A stretch of DNA of 64,000 nucleotides, taken from Epiperipatus broadwayi. Its lineage: Eukaryota; Animalia; Onychophora. The DNA is taken from the NCBI GenBank assembly GCA_028023455.1, contig JAQFVV010000007.1:12896001-12960000 (forward strand), written 5' to 3'. A program made the translations under genes and the position numbers. Below are positions 53,780 through 64,000 of the stretch, piece after piece. The notes beneath the pieces were generated by a model. The model was not told where the DNA came from and did no database searches. It worked only from the letters and a program-made list of their open reading frames with translations. Every line of letters begins with the position of its first letter. Within the stretch, counting starts at the first letter, position 1.

Positions 53780-55870
53780 TTTCAGTGCTTTATAATAGTA
53801 CTGTCATAGATTTCATGCAATAAAGAAGTTCATAATTCACTTAAAATCAGGATTTCCCCATTTTATATTGTACCAATCGGAATGTAAGTGATGATTGAAT
53901 CTAACCGCAAAAACAATATCTGCACTACAAGAGCGCCATCTAGGCATTTGAGCCTAGAAAAATTTAGAGTAGGCAGATACGCGCTGTTAAGATTCCACTT
54001 TATTTAAATATTCTGATCATTAGCCCAAGTCACTAGCTCAGCGGAGACGCAGAGATAAAAATCTATAAATTTTATATCTTAAATATCAAAGAGTAAAAGC
54101 CACTGCCAGAAATTAACATATAAAAATATTTATTTACGCACATATAAAATAATATTTAAATTTTGAGGAATAAGTTTAACATTTTAGATTTTTATATTAA
54201 CTTTTAATTTTACATTTAACTAATTTCAATGAGTTTAATTATTATTTAGATAGTCAAGTATGAATAGACTACATAGATCTGCATTTGAAAAGAAAATATT
54301 CTTCCCTGATTTAACCTTAGGCAACAAATTTCGCAATCAACTGGTGCCAATCCATCTGATACATTCATGTATTCAATGTAGCATGATACGACAACACAAA
54401 ATACTATATTGTCAGGAATGTACATCTGAACAATAAGTAGAAATAGAGAAGAGATTGACTCTCCACCAACAGGAATGTGACATCTGTTGGCAAGTAGATC
54501 AATAAACAAAAAACTCCATAGGAATGGACTGCGGTCTTCTGCCAACTTACAAACCCATCCATAGGCAAACAGAGGGTGTGTGGCATATATCTATAATCCT
54601 GCCCGTAGCGGACCTCATACTACATCTACTAATTACACAAATATATCCAATCCATTGAACCAATTCAACTACAAAATGAATAACCTAAGATTACCCTCCC
54701 TTAATATAACTTTACAAACTATATAGCCATTCACGCCCGACTTAATTTTAATATTTAAATACGTTCGCACAGATTTGTTTAAAAATGTTGGGTATAGATC
54801 GATTACATAGATTCCACAGTCAAAAACATTTCAAAATAAACATAAACGATCAAAATACAAAATTATTGATACCGACAATCGCAGAGGGAAACTTATAAGT
54901 AACCCAATAGTATTCACCATAAGCTACTTGCGTTGTCACCAATAACTTAAAAGACATCCGAATAAATACATTTTAGATACTCACCGTAAGGTATCATTAT
55001 TTATCGAATGTTTATATATTTTGATCAAATATGAAAACCAAAATATAATTAACCGCAAACGAATCCATGCAAGCGTCTATAAACAACTTAAATTTCATAC
55101 ATTTAACCAATCTTTACAATAAGAAAAAAAAAATTTGAAATGATGTTTATCAATCGGAAAACATATAAAATTAAACATTATTAATTTGATTTAAAGACTT
55201 ACAAAAGTCAGATAAGAGTCCGTTTTAACATTTCAGTTGGCTTGTTTATCAATTTGTAAAACTTGACGAAAGTTCTTGATTGATTTTAACAATTGTTCAT
55301 TTCAGATAGCTTATGGTAGAAGAGTCCAGGTTTCTGCTTTTATTAATTCCCGCGATGCCTCTGTTGGAAGGGAATGTTCTGGAGATGGCAATAGCTGGTT
55401 CAAAGTATCACAGTCTTTTCATTTTTTTTTTTTAATAGAGAGTGTGGTATGTGCATCATACCTCATCTCTCAAACACAAACGCTGGAACTGTCCGAAAAA
55501 AACTGTATATCCCTTTTTATATTATCCACCAGGATTCAATGAACAAAACGTCACTAGTCTATCACTTTCGTTAGGGTCCGAGCCAAGGCTTAGTGCTTCC
55601 ATTGGTCAAACTAAAATTTCTTTCTTCTCTTATCTAACTTTTCATCTGACTTTTTAATTACACAGCTTTTAGATAATTAATAAACAATCATTTCCATTTA
55701 CAGATTACAGGAATTAATTAATACCTGTTTTTACTTTAACTTACGTTATTTTTTTATTAAAATATTTTTATATTTCAATCTGGTATTTTTTATTAAAAAA
55801 AATACGTTCAGATACTTTTTTTTTTTGTTTCTGAAAAAAATATTTTTAAAGTTTAGCATCTGTGCGAATG
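53780..55870 (-). ncRNA. Copy 3 (diverged paralogue, inverted) of the multi-hairpin locus, module order U-B-A-C
   Basis: Reverse complement aligns blockwise to copy 2: U 55698-55137, B 55087-54787, A 54741-54253, C about 54150-53780, plus upstream tcgcacagat near 55860. Stems are retained with G:U pairs on the - strand. Confidence 0.7.
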
Positions 55871-56033
55871 TATATACGTATAACAAACATTTTTAATTTT
55901 AGCGTTTAGTTTTTTACTCTTATTTGCGAACTTTTAAGTTTTTATTTTAAATTAATGTAACGACATATTTATGTATCGTTACAATATATACACATTAAAT
56001 TTTACAAGATTATAATGTAAATCTATTCAAATG

Positions 56034-56927
56034 TTATAGATGCCTATAGTATGCATGCTGTTGTTTTTGCATTTTAAAACACATTCTATTTTTGCTTTTT
56101 AAAAAAAGAGTACATATTCAATTAATTATTTAGTGTCTGTAATTTTATTTTTAAATAGTGAATAACAGTGGTGGGCACAATTAAATTTGCCTATTAAAAA
56201 TTAAAATCTGATTTTTAATTGTAATTAACAATTTAAAAATTACATAATGTGATGTGAAACAATGAAATTTCATTTTTAAACAAATTAAAAATTAAAAAAT
56301 TAAAGACAAAAATACAAATTTAATTTTTAATTGTTAGTTTTAATTAAATTTTACCCAACAGCAGTGAGTATGTGTCTTTTTATTATCATAAGTCTAAGTT
56401 CTTATTTTTATTTTAAACTTTTAGTTTACCCTAATGGAGAAGAAAAAACACCCAAGAAAAGGAATTTCTTTGGAAACAAAAATTTCAATTTTAGATTGCT
56501 TAGTGACAGGGGAATGATCAACAGCAATTGGAAAACATTTTAGTTTGGGTGAGTCCACTATAAGAGCAATTAAAAAAATAAAGTTGGTGCTAGTTGTATT
56601 TCCTCTTGTGATGAATCTGATGTCTTACTAGTTCACAAACAAACCTGCATATATTTAAATAGCAATAATGATTAAAATACTGTACATGTATGAAAAAATG
56701 TAAAATACTGTAAATTACACATAAAAATATACTGTTTTGAATAAAATTATATCCTATAGTTAATGAAAAAAGTTTGTCTTGTATCAATTTTTTTTCAAAT
56801 TTGAAATTTTTTATTAGTCATATTTTATTTTCTTATTTTTTTTTAATGCGAATTTTAAAGTAATTTTACTTTGTTTTTCTGCTTTTCTGAGGAACCTATC
56901 TACTGCATAAAATGAGACCCAAGTGTA
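56034..56927 (+). mobile_element. Tigger/pogo internal-deletion derivative (5' boundary uncertain)
   Basis: 56434-56583 encodes MEKKKHPRKGISLETKISILDCLVTGE*STAIGKHFSLGESTIRAIKKIK, a CENP-B-type N-terminal HTH; 3' end ctactgcataaaatgagacccaagtg-TA resembles a CpG-decayed Tigger TIR. Confidence 0.75.
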
Positions 56928-58019
56928 TATTAAAATTTTATTTTTATATTTAAAAAAAATCAATGTAGATGGATATATGATAGTATATTTATGTATGAAT
57001 TTCTGAAAATGAAAAATAAAAAAAACATTAAATACTATGTGAATGTAGAAACATGTATATTGGTGAAAACCTTCATTCCATAAGAAAGCAAAATACACAC
57101 ACATAAACTGGTTACTAGAACTCAAAATCAGATATATCTACAAAAGCAGATTACATGTTTGACTGAGAAAAGATAAAAATATTGGAAAGATAAAAAAATT
57201 CCAAAGAAGAACATTTAAAGAAGCTGTTCATATGATAATGGCAAATAACTACATATGTCAACCTAGAATGATAATTCATAATGTCTGAAAATTACTCATT
57301 AGGCTTGCTCTTGAGATAAAAGTGGAATAATAAGGATTAACTGCTTAGATAAATAAAGGCAATTCCGTTGACTGTTATCCTTGACAGAATAGTCTAATTA
57401 ATTAGATAGTTGTTTTACATGCAATATTTGCCAATCTAAAGGCCCCAGGATAAAATCCCTTATTAATTTTGTCAATCATAATGCCAATAACACCTGAAGA
57501 TGAAAGTAAAATTATTCAAAATGTTATTCTGTATATTAATTTGTATGCTTTTACTGACAATTGAATGTATTTGAAAAGTTAATAAACTTTGAATTATTCT
57601 AAAAACATAATATTTGAAGATGAAAGTAGTTAAATATATAGTTCTAACTAAAATTCAATCATCATAAACTTGCAGATAAAAAAAATAGGATATACTGTGT
57701 TTAATTAAAAAGTATACATTTTTATAAAAGAAATATGTTTAGTTAACAAAGTAGGAGGGAGGAGTAGCAATTTTGAGGATTAAATCATAAGGAGGAAAGA
57801 AATTGAAATGATAAACTGGGTTAAAAGGCCATATGCTAAGAGATTAAAAGAAAAAAAAAATGCATTGAAAATTTTATTTAGAAGTTATGGGAGAATTTAG
57901 AAGTGAAAAGTGATGGGTTAACTTTGAAGAGGAGGAATGTATTTTTGACAAAATGAAATAATTAGCTTTTTAAGATGTGTAAAAGTAGTCTAAGATGATA
58001 TATTGAAACAGTAAGATTC

Positions 58020-58420
58020 GCATTCGAATTTTAAGTTTCACCTTTTTTCTATTATGTCTCACCCACCACCTTTATTCTACCTAATTTTAAACTTTTTGGT
58101 ATCGAATTGTGTGTGTAGCGATATTAAAAATATATAAAAATCTGTAAAATTCACCGTAAGCGCACACATACTTCGATAACAAATTTAACTAATAATAAAT
58201 AAAACATGTGATATAATTTTACATTTCTCTCTTAGTTATATACTGTTGATATAACTTTAGCTATTTATTTCAAAGTATAAACTTTCGTAATATATTGCTG
58301 TTTTAAAAATCGTATTTTAAATAATTTTGAAATTAAATTTTAATTTAAAGAAAAGTAAAAATAAATTATAAATCCTATTTGTACTTGAAATTTGGCAAGT
58401 CATGGTCGGTGAGAAATATA
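58020..58420 (+). promoter_or_regulatory. Possible promoter / first-exon region
   Basis: Locally normal CpG content; DRE-like tatcga and tcgata; donor-like acc|gtaagc at 58156 and ATGGTCG|gtgaga (ATG 58402, GT 58409). No downstream coding exon found. Confidence 0.25.
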
Positions 58421-58848
58421 ATAGATTAATTAGAAAAATTCCCTAAAAGTTTCAATTAATAAAATGTAAAAAGGTAAAATAAACCTAAACAATAGAACGG
58501 TAGTTTTCTGAATTAATTAAAATCTAAAACCTCTTGTTAATGCATTGATTCTCCTCGGGGCAAATGAATGGAACTAAAAATAAACTAGAACCAAATTACA
58601 AAGATAAGATAAGAAAGAAAAAGAGGACATTTGGATTTTCAAAACTTTATTATTAGACTTTGTGCTGTGCTCTTGTTAGTTGAGAGAAATATAGATCTTA
58701 AACTTTTTCGTCCAGAATAATATGACCGAGTAGAAAGCACCCAGACTATTCTCCCCCTGGAGATGGTTGATCAGAGGCTCAAACCTTCACATGTGCCCTT
58801 CACAAATTTAAATCATGAGAATCTGCTGCCCAAATAATCGTAAAGCTG

Positions 58849-58947
58849 CTGCTGCTGTTGAAATAAACTCATAACCTGAGAGCTGGAAAGAACTGCTGCT
58901 GTTGAAATAAATCCATAATCTGAGAGCTGGAAAGAAATGCTGCTGTT
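58849..58947. repeat. Tandem repeat, 44-bp unit x2.3
   Basis: ctgctgctgttgaaataaa...tgagagctggaaagaa at 58849 and 58893, partial at 58937. Confidence 0.9.
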
Positions 58948-61221
58948 AAACTCACGAACAATTGCCACTGACCATGAAACATGAAAAGCATCTTATAAAA
59001 CAGGTACCCATACCCAAGGCATAAATTCTATCCATAATCTATAGTTCAATCTATATAAATCGTTCATTTGTAAATTTAATTGTAAATCTATTATGCAGTT
59101 TCTTTTAATAATCTAGCTTACCTAATTCTGTCTATCTCTTGGGTACATATTTCTACTTTTACATTTTATTATTTAACAATGTCATACTGATAATATTTCT
59201 GACTGGGCCTCACCAAATTTTAAATATCAATTATAATTACAATGGTTACCATATTCTGCGACAACCAAATCTTAAAATTCTTTTATATACTTCTGTTGGT
59301 GGGTCAGCTTGGGAATCACCATAATTCCTTAATAAATAAATACATTATTACATGAAATAGTGGATGTGTGTCCAGTAAATCCTATGATTAACATTTACTT
59401 ATATTAGATTATTTTGTTTCAATTATTTTCATGTTAATCGACACGCATTCATTGCTTCACTCATTGTAATGCAAGAGTCTACTACGTGGCTAGTGGTGGA
59501 CATATTAGTTCTTAGAGTAACCACCCTAATTTATAATTACCTTTAAACTTGTTTTTTTTTTATTTTAAATAATAAACTCATTATTCATTAAACCCTTTAA
59601 TTGCATTTCTTTGAGAGCAAAATACGGTCTTTATTAAATGTTGGTAATGTGAGACCGAGTCATAAATTTTATATTCAATCCGAACCTATTATGTTAGTTA
59701 TACATGTGTTACAGTTTAGAGATGTGATAATCCATCTTTGAGCCTTGGATACTCTGGATCATACAGTATTTACTGAATCCTAGTCGTCCTACACAAGGTG
59801 ACATAATGAATGTTCTTGTAGGGCTTGACGCCCGTCACACAGTCAGGTAGTAATTGTGGCATGAACCATTTGCACCTGATGATGCTTATGTGACCCTCTT
59901 ACCTTTGGGCCTATGGCAAATGCCAACCCATTGTTTCAAATTCATCCATTGGCTCAGCAGTTTCAATGTACTGCCATGCTCACATCACTTTTCTAAACAT
60001 GCCACGTGTTTCTCTATTATTAATTTTATTATCCCAAGTATGACTCCATCTCCACATTATTTGACATAAACTCACTTTCAAATCAATGTTTGCCCATAAT
60101 TTAACGCCTCATAAATACTTTATTTGATTAAATAAAATATATGTCCACAGCTGCTATTATCATTTTTAATTTAGACTCATTAATTGCAAAGCTATTAAAT
60201 CCCTGAAGACATGAATTTGGAATACTTGCTCAAGAATTCAGGTAGCTAGATTATGTCAGTCAAATAATTATACTCTTTGTAAATATAAAACAGTATTGGA
60301 AAAATAATACCACTACTGGAATTTTAATATAATTATGTTTTCTTTAAATAATTTTAATCTTAAATGTTATAATTAAATAATTTCAAACCATACGTTTGCC
60401 ATCATATATTTATTTATTCGACACACCCATTCCATATACTATCTTCTCGATTATTTAAAATATAAATGTCTAATATTAATATTATATATAGCTAACTCGA
60501 AAATAAAGTCTATTGGGTCTTTCACATCTCCCTGATCCCCATGCCTAAAGAAATGTTTACTAATGTGGCATCAGATGTGTTGTTTCATAGAGTGTATTGT
60601 GGAACCAATAAACCATGTTCAAACTCAGTACTACTGGAAGCTTCATTACCTATGTGCTGCTTTTCAGTGTGGTGGTCGAATTCAGCACTATGTTAATGAA
60701 GCATACTAATCTGACCATTACAATATATATAATGGTATTAAACAAATGGAGCAAATCACTATTCCCCAGGATATTAGTTAAACATACCCTAAATGTTGGT
60801 CAAAGGATCAACAACATAATGAATCCACCTATTCTTGGATATCTGATGTTTAATTGGCATATCTATGCTAACATTGCTGGTATTTCAGAGTGACAGTCTT
60901 CATCATTTGTTCAGCATTTATGGTGCTTTTAATTCATACTTTATGGGAATTTAATTCCTTTGTTTACATATATACTGAGCCATGTTTAATTTAAAGTTTA
61001 TATAATAATATAGTGTTTCATTAAATTGATAAACTAATTTCAGGATTTTTAAGTAATAAATTAGCAGGAATATCATATAATTAAAAAAGGAGCATTGGAA
61101 TATTGTGAAGCCTAAAATCTAATGCATCAACATCAATGACTTTGAAAACGTCATTGGATGCCCATTTATTTGATTATCTTTTATTTGATATTTCTGAGCT
61201 AAAACTGTATTTTGGAAAGAT

Positions 61222-61364
<143 letters not shown>

Positions 61365-61401
61365 CAGCATTTATTTTTATAGCGTCTGTATACAATTGTA
61401 A

Positions 61402-61947
61402 TTACATTGATATCGGCCTTTCAAGTCAAATTGTGCAAACGCTTTTATGAGTGTTAAATAATAAATGAATACCCTCTGACCAAACAAGATATAGAATTTA
61501 TGCAGGAATAAAAGGAATCCTCTTATTCCTATGACTCAAATATTTATATATGAGCAAATCTGAAGTACTGGCACAGAAGGTGTGACTATAGAACAGTCAC
61601 TTTAAATTACTATATATAACGTATGAATGAATGACGCTGATGAAATTTACTAGAATTTACTGAACGTCATTCCAACTGAAACTTAATCATATATATAAAT
61701 CAGCATTTATTTTTATAGTGTTGGAATGACGTTCAGTAAATTCTAGTAAATTTCATCGGCATCATTCATTCATACGTTATATATAGTAATTTAAAGTGAC
61801 TGTTCTATAGTCACATCTTCTGTGCCAGTACTTCAGATTTGCTCATATATAAATATTTGAGTATCTTGTTTGGTCAGAGGGTATTCATTTATTATTTAAC
61901 ACTCGCAAAAGCGTTTGCACAATTTGGTTTGAAAGGCCAATATGAAT

Positions 61948-61951
<4 letters not shown>
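61402..61951. repeat. Recent long inverted repeat (about 232-bp arms, about 96% identical, 43-bp spacer)
   Basis: 61402-61676 versus 61720-61951: about 9 substitutions by hand count plus a 43-nt insert in the left arm. Confidence 0.95.
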
Positions 61952-62027
<76 letters not shown>

Positions 62028-62047
62028 CATCATCATCATCATCACCA
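61950..62047. repeat. Compound (AAT)n(CAT)n microsatellite
   Basis: Directly visible. Confidence 0.95.
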
Positions 62048-63480
62048 TTTTCAAATGGTTTTGTTATTTGGGGATCTCCAAGAAGTTTGAATGCCAGAAA
62101 CACTAAAACTGAAAATCATTTGAAGACTTACACCCAGAGCCTGAAACTTTATTACTATACAGAGAAATGCTGTAAATGTTTCCGTAACTGCTTTATAACA
62201 AAAGTACAACATATGAGATTTTATTATTTTTTGTTAAAAGATAGTTATTATTATGGATCACATTATTTTTCACTTATAAGTTTCTGCATTGTTTGATCAA
62301 CCAATTTTGTTAAAAAATAATCATACAGTAATAAATCATATGGCCAGTTATTTATGGGTCATATGTTATGTAAATATTCAAGTAGTAAAGGAAATTAGAA
62401 CATCAATATTATTTAAATTGAACAAACACCATTTTTATAAACTTTGTCATAAATATCAAAAATTTGTAATTCTGCAAGTGTGCAGGGGGATCAGTCGGTG
62501 GCCGTGTGTTTGCTGTTGTTTGTTGATCATAATAACTTTATAAAAATAAAAAAGCTATTTGGAATGGATGAAATCCAATTTCGAAACAAAATATTAACTT
62601 ACATAACATTCGTTATATCTTTTCAATATTTAGTGCTTCATTCTTCTACAGATACGACAATTTTAAGATAGCTGAGCTTTTAATTTAAAATATGTTTTTT
62701 ATCTTTCTTTTTACATCTGAAATATTAATCAATAATTTAATAAAGTGTTTATTGCATTTTTTTTTAATTTAAAAATGTTTTAATAGAAAAAGAATAATCA
62801 CATTTCAAAAATGTATTTTCAATTCTAATATCCTTCTCCCCATCTTTTTCCGAAGTTTTGCTGTTAATTATTTTAAATATTATTGATCTCCATTTGAGTT
62901 TTTTTTTTTTTTAATGAAGATTTAATGTGTAGTCAAAGAATCTTCTTGTTCTAATGATAATAATTGACAAATTCTTTTAAATTACTGAACTATTTTAAAG
63001 TCTTAAGTGTTTCTTCAAATAAAATTCTGTCAGTGAAATTACTTTACTAGAAATTAGTCGGTACGGAAAAAGGTTATTTAATTATTTATTTTACCCTTTT
63101 TAAATAAAATAATTGTTAGTTATTTTAATTGATTGCTTTATACTTGAAAATGCAAATTAAAATAACTTTCATTCTGACTATTTTTAAAATTAACAGTAAT
63201 GTCGTCATTTGAGTTGGCTTAATCTCATTCAATCACTAGTAATAATTGGTTAAGCATGTATCTATAATAGTGGGATACAGTGCGAGAGCAAAAAGTCTAC
63301 TAACAGAATATATGTGGTTTTGAGAGTCTTATGAATTTAACGTGTTCATTAGATTCACACATAGTAAAAATTTTGTTTTATTAATATAAAGCCTGTTGTT
63401 AAAACAGTTTTGTACTTAAACTTCTTGTTTATACATAAATATGAAGTTAATGCATTTAACTAACAGATATACAAGTGCAG

Positions 63481-63856
63481 TTTCAAACTGTAATTCTAAA
63501 TAGAAGATAATCAACCCTTTACACATGAGCTGTACTATTATATTAAATCAACATTACTTTTTGAATGTGAGGAAACTGTTGATCCAAGACACATGATAGA
63601 GACTTTGAAAAGATAAGAATAGTCAACTTATCTTTGTATCTAAATTGAATTATATAGGCCAATCTTAAATATCTTGGAATCAGAGCATGAAGATTTTTAT
63701 ATTCTTTGCATTACTTACATTTTCCTAATTACAGATATTAACACTAATATTCAGAGATGTTAGAATTAATGTAATTGACTAATAGACTTACTAGTGTAAT
63801 TTCAAACTGAAATTTTAAATAGAAGATAATCTATTACACATGTACTGCACTGTTAT
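63481..63856. repeat. Diverged direct repeat of about 60 bp, 319 bp apart
   Basis: tttcaaactg.aatt.taaatagaagataatc...tacacatg..ctg.act at 63481 and 63800. Confidence 0.7.
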
Positions 63857-64000
63857 CTCTGAATATTAACACACAGTAAATATTAAAATTTTGAAAGTTA
63901 ATTTAATATGACAGTACAGTATTATTACAAGAAACTCTGTTACAGATATTATATGAAACCTGTATACAAAGTATAAGAGACTAGTCTCTTTTTAACATTG

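Noticed and set aside
54246-54586. 99-aa and 60-aa ORFs in copy 3
   Set aside because: The homologous frames in copies 1 and 2 contain stops and frameshifts; no recognisable domain.
59700-60090. Possible R1/Jockey-like LINE C-terminal relic on the minus strand
   Set aside because: The zinc-knuckle-like similarity is fragmentary and frameshifted; it needs a profile search.

Overview
Very AT-rich eukaryotic genomic DNA, probably an invertebrate animal (inference from GT-AG splice-like signals, patchy CpG depletion and the TE families present). No protein-coding gene could be identified with confidence; the listed ORFs are mostly chance, microsatellite or TE-derived. The main signal is a family of multi-hairpin loci. 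Two tandem + strand copies lie at 1-4755 (period about 2939 bp) and a diverged - strand paralogue lies at about 53780-55870. Each is built from several 160-660 nt fold-back modules (U, A, B, C, plus D between the tandem copies). The stems are rich in G:U pairs on one strand only, show compensatory changes between paralogues, and modules A and B are in swapped order in the distant copy. This fits a long-hairpin (hpRNA/endo-siRNA-like) ncRNA family, which is an inference. The window also holds two families of palindromic repeats carrying minimal type-I hammerhead-ribozyme motifs (Penelope-like/retrozyme-like), a SPIN/URR1-type hAT MITE with its TSD, four RTE LINE fragments, a Tigger/pogo derivative, a decayed tRNA-Gly(TCC) copy, a recent 230-bp inverted repeat, minisatellites and many microsatellites. 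All pairing and alignment was done by eye; coordinates described as approximate may be off by tens of bases.
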